A stretch of 30,135 bases of DNA from Fusobacteriota bacterium (lineage in GTDB: Bacteria > Fusobacteriota > Fusobacteriia > Fusobacteriales > JBNJFI01): NCBI GenBank assembly GCA_051746725.1, contig JBNJFI010000016.1, positions 1-30,135 of the forward strand, read 5' to 3'. The position numbers and the translations under genes are program-made. Each line of letters opens with the position of its first letter. The first letter of the stretch is position 1. Under the pieces are notes generated by a model. The model was not told where the DNA came from. It saw only the letters and a program-made list of their open reading frames with translations, and did no database searches. Shown here piece by piece: positions 9,534-19,915 of this stretch.

Positions 9534-10991
9534 ATGGAAAAATTTGAAAAATTTGATATTAAAACTACAGAAGTTGAAAGAGAAGCACTAGATTTAATAG
9601 AAGAGGATTTAGTCCATGAAGAACAGATATTTCCATATAAAACAACTAAAAATTCTGTATATCTTGCCATGACAAAACCTGGTAATACTAGATTAATTAT
9701 GAGATTAAAAGCTAAATTCAAAAAAAGAATAATTCCTATAAAAATTGAAGAAAAAGACTTATATCTTTTGATTAATAAATATTTTGGTGTTGGTTCTGGA
9801 ATGATAAGAGAGATGGAAAAAGAACTAAATGTCAATGATTCAGAATTTAATATAGAAGACAATAATGAAAATGCAGAAATAATAAGATTTGTAAATCGTA
9901 TTATTTTAGATGCATATAAAAGAGGGGCAACAGATATACACTTAGAACCTTTGCAAAAAGAGATAGTTTTAAGATACAGAATAGATGGAGTGTTGCACAC
10001 TATACAAACTCCTAAACAATTAAAATCAATATATCCAGCAATAGTATCGAGAATAAAAATAATGGCAGAACTAGATATAGCAGAAAAAAGGTTGCCACAA
10101 GATGGAAGAATAAAGATAAAAACCGAAGAAAAGGAACAAGACCTTAGAATATCTGTTTTACCTACAATAGATGGGGAAGCAATTGTTATAAGAATTTTGG
10201 CTAATCAAAAAAGTGAGTTGAATTTACAAAAAATTGGTATGACTCAAGAAAATTTAGATACTTTTGAAGAATTAATAAATAAGCCAAATGGAATTATTTT
10301 AGTAACTGGTCCTACTGGATCTGGGAAAACAACAACTTTGTTTTCAGCTATTAGTAATATAAATGATAGAACAAAAAAGATTATTACCATAGAGGACCCT
10401 GTAGAATACCAATTAGATGGTGTATCACAAATACAGGTAAAAACTGATATTGGATTTACTTTTGCAGAAGGATTAAGATCTATTTTAAGACAAGACCCAG
10501 ATATAATATTGGTAGGAGAGATTAGAGATAAAGAGACTGCAGAAATCGCCATAAGAGCTTCATTAACAGGTCACTTAGTATTTGCAACCCTTCATACAAA
10601 CGATGCTGTGTCAGCTGTAACAAGGCTTATTGATATGGGGATAGAATCATATTTAATAACTTCTTCATTAGTTGGAGTTTTGGCTCAAAGATTAGTGAGA
10701 AAGATCTGTCCATATTGCAAAACTGAAAAAATATTGGATGATGGAGAAAAAATATATTATGGAAAAGGATGCGACTTTTGTTTTAATACTGGATATAAAG
10801 GGAGAACAGGAATCCATGAATTATTTTTAATAAATCCAGAAACTAAAACGGAAATATTAAGTGGTAGAAGTAACCATGAGATACAGGAAAGATTAGAGAA
10901 AAAAGGATGGAAGACACTCAAAAAAGATGGTCTTGAGAAAGTCAAAAAAGGAGTTACAACTGAAGACGAAGTTCTTAGAGTTGCTTGGTAA
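9534..10991 (+). CDS. GspE/PilB-family secretion/pilus assembly ATPase
   Basis: ATDIHLEP, LDIAEKRLPQDGR, Walker A GPTGSGKTT, TIEDPVE, LRQDPDIILVGEIRD, TGHLVFATLH, CPYC...CDFC zinc motif. Confidence 0.95.
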   Translation: MEKFEKFDIKTTEVEREALDLIEEDLVHEEQIFPYKTTKNSVYLAMTKPGNTRLIMRLKAKFKKRIIPIKIEEKDLYLLINKYFGVGSGMIREMEKELNVNDSEFNIEDNNENAEIIRFVNRIILDAYKRGATDIHLEPLQKEIVLRYRIDGVLHTIQTPKQLKSIYPAIVSRIKIMAELDIAEKRLPQDGRIKIKTEEKEQDLRISVLPTIDGEAIVIRILANQKSELNLQKIGMTQENLDTFEELINKPNGIILVTGPTGSGKTTTLFSAISNINDRTKKIITIEDPVEYQLDGVSQIQVKTDIGFTFAEGLRSILRQDPDIILVGEIRDKETAEIAIRASLTGHLVFATLHTNDAVSAVTRLIDMGIESYLITSSLVGVLAQRLVRKICPYCKTEKILDDGEKIYYGKGCDFCFNTGYKGRTGIHELFLINPETKTEILSGRSNHEIQERLEKKGWKTLKKDGLEKVKKGVTTEDEVLRVAW

Positions 10992-11025
10992 AAATTTTAA
11001 TTAATAATAGAGAAAAGAGGATAAC

Positions 11026-11967
11026 ATGGCAGTATATACTAAATTAAAAAAAAATGAAATAGAAAAGATAATAAAAGATTATGATTTAGGAAAATTAGAG
11101 GAATATATAGGAATAAAAAAAGGAATAATGAATACTAATTATTTAATAAAAACTAATAAAGATAAATATATATTAAGAATATTAGAAGGAGATGTAGATG
11201 AAACCTATGAAAGAAAAGAGTTAGAATATTTATCTTTTTTGAATCAAAATGGAATACCTTGTCCTAATGTTTTAAATGATCTGTTTGGCAGAAATCACTT
11301 TTATATAAAGGATAAAATGGCTGCTGTTTTTTCGTTTTTAGAAGGATCAGAAGCTACCGATATAGATGAAAATTTGTTATATGAATTTGGAAAGTTACTA
11401 GCTAAAATGCATATTTTATCAGAAGACAAGATATTAAAAAGAACGGAAAAAATTGAAATGAATTATTTATATAATATAATCATAAAAGATAAAAATAAAT
11501 TAAAAAACATTTTAAATGAAAATTATGGACCAATTATGGAAAAGGTAAAAGAAGTAAAAAAATTAGAAGATTTAGACTTACCAAATGGAATAATTCATAA
11601 TGATATTTTTCCAGATAATATTTTTGTAGATGAAAATAATAATATTTCTGGAATTATAGATTTTAATGATGCCATGACTGAAAATTTTATACATGATATT
11701 GCAATAGTTTTTAATTTTTGGATATTTTCAAAGTATGGAGAGTACAAAAAAGAGTGTGTGGATTCTTTTTTAAAGGGGTATGAAAAAATTAGAAAACTAA
11801 AAGAAATCGAACGAAAAACTTTCCACTTAAGTTTAGATAGAGCAGCTTTAACTTTTTTGTTTTTAAGAATAGAAAAATTTCATTATAACAGTGAAAATAG
11901 TGATATGGAATTCAAAGATTATAGGGATTTATTGCCAGTTGTTTTCGCAAAAAAACTTTATTTTTAA
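11026..11967 (+). CDS. thrB: Homoserine kinase type II (APH/phosphotransferase fold)
   Basis: MAVYT start, GIxNTNY, IHNDIFPDN, GIIDF. Confidence 0.8.
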   Translation: MAVYTKLKKNEIEKIIKDYDLGKLEEYIGIKKGIMNTNYLIKTNKDKYILRILEGDVDETYERKELEYLSFLNQNGIPCPNVLNDLFGRNHFYIKDKMAAVFSFLEGSEATDIDENLLYEFGKLLAKMHILSEDKILKRTEKIEMNYLYNIIIKDKNKLKNILNENYGPIMEKVKEVKKLEDLDLPNGIIHNDIFPDNIFVDENNNISGIIDFNDAMTENFIHDIAIVFNFWIFSKYGEYKKECVDSFLKGYEKIRKLKEIERKTFHLSLDRAALTFLFLRIEKFHYNSENSDMEFKDYRDLLPVVFAKKLYF

Positions 11968-11976
11968 AAAAACTTA

Positions 11977-11985
11977 TGTTATAAT
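11977..11985 (+). promoter_or_regulatory. Extended -10 promoter element
   Basis: TGTTATAAT 27 nt upstream of the 12013 start; no good -35. Confidence 0.5.
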
Positions 11986-12012
11986 AAATAGAAACTACCC
12001 AGGAGGAATTAA

Positions 12013-13254
12013 ATGAATATAAAAAAAATTTGTATATTTTTTGTAATATCAACATATATATTTTCTGCTAATTTAGGAGAAAATATCATGCCCGATCAAT
12101 CTGAATTGTATTTCCATTCTGCCCAGGAAAATATCTATAATATAAAAAATGATGATTTAAATAAAGTTAAAAGGATTTTAAACAAGTATACTGATTTCAA
12201 AGGTATTAACTTAAAAGACTTTATAGAAAACAAAGAATATGCAATATCTCTAATCGATTATAATAAAATTTTCATGGTTATAAAAGCACCATCTCTTGAG
12301 TTTTTAGGCAGTGATTTTTATAATAATTCTCAGTTTGATAATAGATTTTTAAATGACATTAACACATATTATAATTTAGGTGATGATCCTTTTATATATA
12401 GCTATAACGATGAAAAATTATATATAAGTAATGATATATCTCTCTTTTTTGATCTATTTAATTATGTAGATGACGATGAAGATTTAAAACATGACGAAAT
12501 ATTTCAAAAATTAAATAACGAAAGAGAAGATTATAAATATAAATATTTTATAGATCCAGAAAACCCAATTAACATAGAATCTTATGAAGTTAAAGAGAGT
12601 TTGACTTTAGTTTATGAAGAAAAAGTGCAAAAATATTATAATATAATACAAGAAGGCGAAGAAAAGATAACAAAACGATTAGAGACATATAACTTTGCTG
12701 ATTATATACCAAGAGACAATATGGGCGTATCAATAAAATCAGATTTTTCAGAGCTAAAAGAAGAAATGAGATTAGATTTTAATATGTTAGAAAAAAAGGA
12801 TCGTGAATTTAAGATTATTAAAGACTGGAGTAAACTTTCAGGATTTGTTAGTATTAAAGTAAAAAATGGAAATATATATGAAAAAGATGATTCAGAATCT
12901 GATTATTATTTAATATATTCTAAAGAAATTATTGAGGAGATAAGAGATAATATAATAAATCTATATAATGAAAACTTCTTTTATATAGACGATTATAAAA
13001 TCAAAAAAGATGAAGACATTTTCATTCCTCTGTTTAATATTCAAAAGTATATTAGAATAATAGATGACAATTATCTAGTTATTACAGAAAATAAAGAGGT
13101 TTTAAGAGATATAGAAATAGGAAAATATTATAATTATAAATATAGTCATATAGGAAATGATGGGAATATATATGAAGAATCAAAATCAGAAGTAAAAACC
13201 AAAGAAAAGTATAAAGTGAATAATGGAGTTTTGTTAAAAGAGCAAAAAAGGTAA
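12013..13254 (+). CDS. Hypothetical exported protein
   Basis: 413-aa ORF with AGGAGG RBS and signal-peptide-like N-terminus (MNIKKICIFFVISTYIFSA); acidic, Tyr/Asn rich. Confidence 0.75.
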   Translation: MNIKKICIFFVISTYIFSANLGENIMPDQSELYFHSAQENIYNIKNDDLNKVKRILNKYTDFKGINLKDFIENKEYAISLIDYNKIFMVIKAPSLEFLGSDFYNNSQFDNRFLNDINTYYNLGDDPFIYSYNDEKLYISNDISLFFDLFNYVDDDEDLKHDEIFQKLNNEREDYKYKYFIDPENPINIESYEVKESLTLVYEEKVQKYYNIIQEGEEKITKRLETYNFADYIPRDNMGVSIKSDFSELKEEMRLDFNMLEKKDREFKIIKDWSKLSGFVSIKVKNGNIYEKDDSESDYYLIYSKEIIEEIRDNIINLYNENFFYIDDYKIKKDEDIFIPLFNIQKYIRIIDDNYLVITENKEVLRDIEIGKYYNYKYSHIGNDGNIYEESKSEVKTKEKYKVNNGVLLKEQKR

Positions 13255-13282
13255 TATAAAAACTTAAATAAGAAGGGGAATT

Positions 13283-14399
13283 ATGGATATATTAGAATTA
13301 AATAGAGAATTAGATAAACAAAAAGAAAAATTAGAAGAGATAAGGGGGCATCTTTGATTTAGAAAAAAAGAAAGAACAAATTGGAAAAATAGAGCAAAAA
13401 AGTACTGCCCCTGGATTTTGGGACGATAATAGAAAAGCTCAAAAATTAATGAAAGAGATGGATAGATTAAAGGCTAAAATAAAAAGATATAAGCAATTAA
13501 AAGAGGAAGAAGAAGATATTAAAACTTTAAAAGAATTTATCGATATGGGAGAAATAGAATTTCAAGAGGAATTTAAAGAAAGAATAGAAAAATGGAGTTC
13601 AAAGATTGATAAATTTGAAACCGAATTGCTTTTAAATGGAGAATTTGATGAAAACAATGCCATATTAACTCTTCACTCTGGAGCAGGTGGGACTGAGTCT
13701 TGTGACTGGGCAGCAATGTTATATAGAATGTATACAAGATGGGCAAAAAATAATGGATATACAATTGAAGTTTATGATAAATTAAATGGAGATGAAGCTG
13801 GGATTAAATCTGCAACTTTTTTGGTTAAAGGAGAAAATGCGTACGGATATTTACAAGGTGAAAAAGGCGTACATAGATTAGTGAGAATATCACCTTTTGA
13901 TTCTAATAGTAGAAGACATACTTCATTTGCATCTTTAGATGTGACTCCTGAAATTGATGATGAAATAGAGATAGAAATTAATGATAGTGATTTGAAAATT
14001 GATACATATCGTGCGAGTGGAGCAGGTGGACAACATGTAAATGTTACCGACTCTGCTGTTAGAATAACCCATCTACCCACTAAAACAGTTGTAACTTGTC
14101 AAAATGAGAGGTCTCAAATTCAAAACAAGGAAACAGCTTTAAAAATATTGAAATCTAGATTGTTTGAAATCGAAATGAAAAAAAAGGAAGATAGATTAAA
14201 TGAAATGCAAGGAGATATGGGAGAAATTGCATGGGGAAATCAGATTAGGTCATATGTATTGCATCCATATCAAAAGGTTAAAGATCATAGGACAGATGAA
14301 GAGACAGGAAATACGTCAGCAGTTTTAGATGGTGATATTGATATATTTATATCGGCTTATTTAAAATATAAGGGGAAATCTAATGAAGATTCTAAATAG
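13283..14399 (+). CDS. prfB: Peptide chain release factor 2 (+1 programmed ribosomal frameshift, about 371 aa)
   Basis: ATG 13283 opens 24 codons to CTT-TGA; +1 frame from 13356 is continuous with the 13449 ORF containing SPF and GGQ motifs. Confidence 0.97.
13343..13358 (+). promoter_or_regulatory. prfB +1 frameshift cassette
   Basis: AGGGGG (internal SD, 13343-13348), CAT, CTT TGA T (13352-13358). Confidence 0.95.
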
Positions 14400-15648
14400 A
14401 TGTTTATTATTTTTTATATTAATTAATATATCTTATTCTCAAGTAATTGATTTTTCTATTGTAACAATGGGAAATTTAAAGGGGGAATATAAAGAACTAA
14501 GTAATATCTATACAGCTTTGGAAAAAGCGAAAGTTTTAAGAGAAGATATTATAAAAATAAATACTGGGAATAATTTGGTTGGATTTAAAGAAATAGATGA
14601 CATCTATATATCTTTTTATCATGATATACAAGCTGATTTTAATTTTTATGCATTAGGGGAATATTTAGCAGATGCAAATAAAAAGTATGATTTTGAATTT
14701 AGTTCTTTGAATATAAAACAAGAAAATGTTTTGGATTATAAAATAATAGATAAATTAGAGTACAAAATAGCAGCAATTGGATTAACCGACATATATGATT
14801 ATGAAGATGGACTTGATTACGATAAGCAATTGGAAAAAGTAATATTTAACGTAGAGGAATATGTTGACTTTATATTTGTTGTTTCAGATTTAAGAAGAGC
14901 TGTAAATGTAAATATTTTAGAAAAATATAAAGAAGTCTCTATATTATTTGAGAGTGGAAGATGTGAGTTAGAACAGGATAAAATAGAAATCAATAATAAT
15001 TATTTAATTCCAAATGGAATGTTTAAGATAACAGATGTAAGTTACAACTCAAAAGAATCAAAAGAGGTAAATAAATATAATGACCAAAATCTTTTGAAAA
15101 GAGTGAAAATCGAAAATGTATATAATATAAAAAATATTAAAGAATATACTGCAAATCAAATGGTTGAAGATTATATTAGCAAAAAAGAAAAAGAGATAAT
15201 CAAAAGGAATAATGAAATTATAGGTTATAATGTTCAAACCTTTGATAAAGAAGAGACACTTTTTTCTAATGATATAGAGTATATTAAGGATTTGGGATTT
15301 AGATTAATTGATTATTATAAGGCTGATATAGCAATAATTCCTGCTTTTAACATCAAAACAGGATTGGAAAAGGGATTATATTCCATAGAAGATGTAAACA
15401 AATTATTTACAAATGATAAATTAATAGAAATATCTATAACTCAAGAAAAATTAGATGAATTAAATCAAAAAAGTCAAAATAATCAGGGAACTCAGGAGTT
15501 TTTACATATAATAAAAAATAGATATCAGTTTGAGTCAAAAAAGGAATATGATATAATAACAACTGAAGGTATATCAAAAGAATATGATATTAATTATGAT
15601 AAGATAAAAAAAATAAATTTAAAAGACTTTGAATTAATTAGAAGATAA
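14383..15648 (+). CDS. Exported protein with degenerate metallophosphoesterase/5'-nucleotidase architecture
   Basis: Signal-peptide-like N-terminus; KIAAIGLT, VDFIFVVS and ADIAIIP...IKTGLEKG...IEDV resemble 5'-nucleotidase blocks; metal-ligand motifs absent. Confidence 0.55.
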   Translation: MKILNRCLLFFILINISYSQVIDFSIVTMGNLKGEYKELSNIYTALEKAKVLREDIIKINTGNNLVGFKEIDDIYISFYHDIQADFNFYALGEYLADANKKYDFEFSSLNIKQENVLDYKIIDKLEYKIAAIGLTDIYDYEDGLDYDKQLEKVIFNVEEYVDFIFVVSDLRRAVNVNILEKYKEVSILFESGRCELEQDKIEINNNYLIPNGMFKITDVSYNSKESKEVNKYNDQNLLKRVKIENVYNIKNIKEYTANQMVEDYISKKEKEIIKRNNEIIGYNVQTFDKEETLFSNDIEYIKDLGFRLIDYYKADIAIIPAFNIKTGLEKGLYSIEDVNKLFTNDKLIEISITQEKLDELNQKSQNNQGTQEFLHIIKNRYQFESKKEYDIITTEGISKEYDINYDKIKKINLKDFELIRR

Positions 15649-15666
15649 AACCGTTAGGAGATAAAA

Positions 15667-16221
15667 ATGAAAAAGTTGATTTTAATAATTTTTATATTAA
15701 CAAACTTAATGATATATTCCCAAGATGAAATTTTAGAAATATCTGAGAATTCAAAAATAGATTCAATAGGGAAAAAAAAGATTTCAGGAAGTATAATGGT
15801 TTTAGAAGATGTTGTTATTGATGGCGTAATAATAAATCGCATCTATACTAATATTGCTACTAAAAGATCTGAAATCATTATAACTAAAGAAGATTTGAAA
15901 AAATCTTTTTTGGAAAACAATAAAGATATAAAAGAATTAGAAATTAACTTTGCTCAAGATAGAATAATATTAGATGGAAAAATAAAAGTTCTGGCAGTAG
16001 TTATGAGCATGCATTTAGAGGGTGTATTTTATGTAGAAAAAGAAGAAGAATTGTGGTATAATATTGATAAAGCTCGTGTTAATAGGTTCATGCCAGTGCC
16101 TGGATCCATCATTGGTGAATTTGAAACAAGATTAAATCCAATTTTTAAATTTAGTCAGCTGGGATTTCCAGTTTATATAAAGGGATTAAATATAGAAAAA
16201 GATAAATTGATTTTTAGATAA
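15667..16221 (+). CDS. Exported hypothetical protein, possibly DUF2993/LmeA-like lipid-binding fold
   Basis: Signal peptide; IIITKEDLKK and C-terminal LNPIFKFSQLGFPVYIKGLNIEKDKL pattern reminiscent of DUF2993. Confidence 0.5.
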   Translation: MKKLILIIFILTNLMIYSQDEILEISENSKIDSIGKKKISGSIMVLEDVVIDGVIINRIYTNIATKRSEIIITKEDLKKSFLENNKDIKELEINFAQDRIILDGKIKVLAVVMSMHLEGVFYVEKEEELWYNIDKARVNRFMPVPGSIIGEFETRLNPIFKFSQLGFPVYIKGLNIEKDKLIFR

Positions 16222-16272
16222 ACTTTATGATTAGAAGAGAAAGTATACAAAACTAGAGGAGGAATTTTACAA

Positions 16273-17787
16273 ATGAAAGATGTTAGAGTAAGAATAGCGC
16301 CATCTCCCACGGGAGATCCACATGTAGGAACAGCCTACATAGCTTTATTTAATTATGCATTTGCAAAAAAGAATGACGGTGAATTTTTATTACGAATAGA
16401 AGACACTGATCAAACTAGATCCACTAAAGAATCCGAACAACAGATTTTTGATTCTCTTAGATGGTTAGGGTTAGATTGGTCAGAGGGTCCTGATGTTGGA
16501 GGAGATTTTGGTCCATATAGACAATCAGAAAGATTTGATCTATACAGTAAATATGGAAAACAGTTAGTTGAAGAAGGAAAAGCATATTACTGTTTTTGTA
16601 CCAGAGAAAGATTAGATAAATTAAGAGCAAGACAAAAAGCAATGAAAAAAGCTCCTGGTTATGATGGACATTGTCGAAAATTATCAGAAAAAGAAATTCA
16701 AGAAAGATTGGATAATGGAGAAGATTATGTAATAAGATTAAAAATGCCATATGAAGGACAAACAATTGTAAAAGATAAATTAAGAGGAGATGTATCTTTT
16801 GATAATGACAAAATAGATGATCAAGTCTTATTAAAATCAGATGGATTTCCAACTTATCATCTTGCAAATGTAGTAGATGATCATTTAATGGGAATAAGCC
16901 ATGTTATAAGAGCTGAAGAGTGGATAGCTTCTACACCAAAACATATACAGCTGTATAAAGCTTTTGGATGGAAAGAACCAGAGTGGGTACATATGCCACT
17001 TCTTAGAAATAAAGATAAAACTAAAATATCTAAGAGAAAAAATCCAGTTTCTTTAAATTATTATAGAGAAAATGGTTATTTAAAAGAGGCGATGTTAAAC
17101 TTTTTAGGACTTTTAGGATGGAGTATTGGAGATAATAAAGAAATATTTACATTAGATGAAATGGTAGAAAACTTTACATTTGATAATATATCTCTAGGTG
17201 GTCCAGTATTTGACAGAAGAAAATTAAATTGGATTAATAATAAATATATAAAAGATTATGATTTAGATAAACTAACAAAATTATCTTTACCTTATTTTGA
17301 AAAATCAGGATATCTTAAATCAAATATATCAGATGAAAAATTTAATGAATTAAAAGAGATAATTGATCTTATAAGAGATTCTGCAAATACATTGGCAGAA
17401 TTACCAGAATTAGCAGCTGTCTTTTTTGAAGATGAATTTGAATTACCTAAAATTGAAGATGCTCAAAATAAAGGACATCGAAAAGCTATAAAAAGAATGT
17501 ATAGTAACATTGAAGGTGAAGTTCAAAAAAGGGCTATTAAAATGTTTATTGAAAGATTTGAGGCTTTAGAAAATGATCCTACATCTCAAGAGGCCAGAGA
17601 TCTTTTAAATCAGATGATTTCTGATATAGGAGAGGGAGTAGGAAAAGTTTTAATGCCTTTAAGGGTTGTTTTAACTGGTGATACAAGAGGTCCAGAGTTA
17701 TATTCTCTAATAGGAGTTATCGGAAAAGAGAGATCTTTAAAACGAGTAAATAATATTGCCAAAAAATATGAGATTTTTGAAAAATAA
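16273..17787 (+). CDS. gltX: Glutamate--tRNA ligase
   Basis: [12 protein letters not shown] (HIGH), [24 protein letters not shown] (KMSKS). Confidence 0.97.
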   Translation: MKDVRVRIAPSPTGDPHVGTAYIALFNYAFAKKNDGEFLLRIEDTDQTRSTKESEQQIFDSLRWLGLDWSEGPDVGGDFGPYRQSERFDLYSKYGKQLVEEGKAYYCFCTRERLDKLRARQKAMKKAPGYDGHCRKLSEKEIQERLDNGEDYVIRLKMPYEGQTIVKDKLRGDVSFDNDKIDDQVLLKSDGFPTYHLANVVDDHLMGISHVIRAEEWIASTPKHIQLYKAFGWKEPEWVHMPLLRNKDKTKISKRKNPVSLNYYRENGYLKEAMLNFLGLLGWSIGDNKEIFTLDEMVENFTFDNISLGGPVFDRRKLNWINNKYIKDYDLDKLTKLSLPYFEKSGYLKSNISDEKFNELKEIIDLIRDSANTLAELPELAAVFFEDEFELPKIEDAQNKGHRKAIKRMYSNIEGEVQKRAIKMFIERFEALENDPTSQEARDLLNQMISDIGEGVGKVLMPLRVVLTGDTRGPELYSLIGVIGKERSLKRVNNIAKKYEIFEK

Positions 17788-17829
17788 ATAATTATTTCAA
17801 TTTTAAATATAATATGGAGGTGCTTGTTA

Positions 17830-19545
17830 ATGGACAAAAGAGTGGAAGAAAAATATAATGAATGGTTAAATTCAGATTTTTTAAGTGAAGAAGATAAACA
17901 AGAATTAAAAGATATAAAAGGAAACGAAGAGGAAATAACAGAAAGATTTTATAAAGAATTAGAATTTGGAACTGGAGGAATAAGAGGAATAAGAGGAATT
18001 GGAACTAATAGATTAAGCACATATATGATTGGGAAAGCAGCTCAAGGATTAGCCAATTATATGCTAAAAACAGATAATAAAGCCAAGGAAAAAGGAATTG
18101 TAATTGCTTATGATTGTAGAATTAAATCATATGAATTTGCTTTAAAAACTGCTTTAGTAATGGCTGGAAATGGAATTAAAGCTTATTTGTTTGAAAGTCT
18201 AAGACCAACTCCGGAGCTATCTTTTGCCATTAGAGAACTAAATACGTTATCTGGAGTTGTAATAACTGCAAGTCATAATCCACCTGAATATAATGGGTTT
18301 AAAGCATATTGGGAAGACGGAGCTCAAATAGTATCTCCCCATGATAAAGCTATAATAAAAGAAGTTGATAGCATAACGGATTTATCTACAGTAAAAGAAA
18401 TGAAAGAAGATGAAGCCAAAAAAGAAGGACTTTTAGAAATAATAGGTAAAGAGATAGATGATAAATTTATCGAAGCAGTAAAAAAACAAGTTATCAATAA
18501 AAATATTCCTAAAGATTTAGACATAGTATACACTCCATTACATGGAACTGGGAATAAATCTGTACAGAGAATTTTAGATGAAGTTGGATTTAAAAATGTT
18601 CATATAGTTAAGGAACAGGAAAAACCAGATGGAAATTTTTCTACTGTTGGATATCCTAATCCAGAAGATCCTTCTGTATTTAAAATGGGAATAGAATTAG
18701 CAGAGATAACTGGTTCAAAACTTATTTTAGCCAATGATCCAGATGCAGATAGAATCGGAACTGCAGTGAAAAATCCCAAAGGAGAATGGATATATCCAAA
18801 TGGAAATCAAATAGGAATATTATTAGCCGAATATATATTACAAAATAAAGATAATATACCGGATAATGCAGTTATTATATCTACAATTGTATCTACGCCT
18901 ATGTTAGATGTAGTGGCTAAAGCTAATAATGTCGATATAATGAGAACTTTAACTGGATTTAAATATATAGGAGAAAAAATTAAAGAGTTTAAAGCAGGAA
19001 AAATTGATAAAACTTACTTATTAGGTTTTGAAGAAAGTTATGGTTATTTGGTAGGAACACATGCCAGAGACAAGGATGCCGTTGGAGCTACAATGCTAAT
19101 AGCTGAAATGGCAGCTTATTTTGAATCTAAGGGTTCTTCAATAGCGGAAGAGATAGATAAATTATATGAAAAATATGGTTATTACAGAGAAGATATAGAA
19201 GCAGTTAAAATGGCAGGTAAGTCTGGAGCTGAGAAGATTAAAAAGATTTTATCTGATTTAAGGGAAAATGCGCCAACTGAAATTTTAGGCAAAAAAGTTA
19301 AAGTTTTTAGAGATTATCTTAAAGGTATAGAGAAAAATTTAGAAGAAGGAACTAAAAAGGATCTTACACTTCCATCATCAAATGTATTACAATTTGTGTT
19401 AGAAGATGATACACATATTACAGCGAGACCTTCTGGAACTGAACCTAAAATTAAATTTTATTTTGGAATAAATGCTAAAACAGCTAAAGAAGCAGACGAA
19501 AAAATTGAAATAACTAAAAGAGAATTTTTAAAGACAGTTAAATAA
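17830..19545 (+). CDS. pgm: Phosphoglucomutase/phosphomannomutase
   Basis: FGTGGIRG, TASHNP, DPDADR, GFEESYG, RPSGTEPKIK; ATG 17830 chosen from GGAGG spacing (TTG 17824 is an alternative). Confidence 0.93.
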   Translation: MDKRVEEKYNEWLNSDFLSEEDKQELKDIKGNEEEITERFYKELEFGTGGIRGIRGIGTNRLSTYMIGKAAQGLANYMLKTDNKAKEKGIVIAYDCRIKSYEFALKTALVMAGNGIKAYLFESLRPTPELSFAIRELNTLSGVVITASHNPPEYNGFKAYWEDGAQIVSPHDKAIIKEVDSITDLSTVKEMKEDEAKKEGLLEIIGKEIDDKFIEAVKKQVINKNIPKDLDIVYTPLHGTGNKSVQRILDEVGFKNVHIVKEQEKPDGNFSTVGYPNPEDPSVFKMGIELAEITGSKLILANDPDADRIGTAVKNPKGEWIYPNGNQIGILLAEYILQNKDNIPDNAVIISTIVSTPMLDVVAKANNVDIMRTLTGFKYIGEKIKEFKAGKIDKTYLLGFEESYGYLVGTHARDKDAVGATMLIAEMAAYFESKGSSIAEEIDKLYEKYGYYREDIEAVKMAGKSGAEKIKKILSDLRENAPTEILGKKVKVFRDYLKGIEKNLEEGTKKDLTLPSSNVLQFVLEDDTHITARPSGTEPKIKFYFGINAKTAKEADEKIEITKREFLKTVK

Positions 19546-19600
19546 TATAAACTAATGGGTATTAGGATATTTGATATATTTATTAAAGATATGAGGATAT

Positions 19601-19635
19601 ACAGAAAAAAGGAGATAAAATCTCCTTTTTTCTGT
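19601..19635. terminator. Intrinsic terminator after pgm
   Basis: 16-bp perfect stem ACAGAAAAAAGGAGAT / ATCTCCTTTTTTCTGT with 3-nt loop. Confidence 0.85.
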
Positions 19636-19755
19636 TTTAAATATGTCAAAAGCAAATTTTATATGTCGTATTATATTTTAGAAAGTTGCAAAACTAAAAA
19701 GATAAGATATCAAGTTTTCTACAGATTTATTAACAGAATTAGTTTTGGGTGATGC

Positions 19756-19778
19756 GGGCGAAGGCCCTTCGCCCTTAC
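19756..19778 (-). repeat. REP-like palindrome
   Basis: Minus strand reads GTAA-GGGCGAAG-GGC-CTTCGCCC (tetranucleotide + 8-bp GC-rich stem). Confidence 0.75.
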
Positions 19779-19816
19779 GTTTCAGGTTACGTAGGGATAA
19801 GAATATAAGTTTTTCT

Positions 19817-19839
19817 GTAAGGGCAAATGGCGTTTGCCC
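19817..19839 (+). repeat. REP-like palindrome
   Basis: GTAA-GGGCAAAT-GGC-GTTTGCCC; same architecture as the 19756 unit, opposite orientation. Confidence 0.75.
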
Positions 19840-19902
19840 GGGTGTGAGCAGTATATAAAAATGGAGGGAAGCCTTAATTATCAGGTCTAATAAATTAAAT
19901 AA

Positions 19903-19915
19903 AATCAATGGGTTA
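19903..19915 (+). promoter_or_regulatory. Candidate IHF-binding site next to the right TIR
   Basis: AATCAATGGGTTA matches WATCAANNNNTTR, preceded by an A/T tract. Confidence 0.4.

Noticed and set aside
13449..14399. prfB as a 316-aa gene or pseudogene
   Set aside because: Upstream frame and SD-CTT-TGA cassette show a programmed frameshift from ATG 13283.
19646..19675. Possible sigma28 promoter upstream of the first MCP
   Set aside because: GTCGTATT matches the GCCGATAW consensus at only about half of positions.
19458..19752. 65-aa ORFs at 19458-19655 (-) and 19555-19752 (+)
   Set aside because: Run through a terminator or element boundary; no RBS or motif.
19756..19839. CRISPR array, tRNA or riboswitch interpretation of the GC-rich hairpins
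   Set aside because: Only two non-identical inverted units, no direct repeat-spacer periodicity, no cas genes, no cloverleaf or recognisable aptamer.
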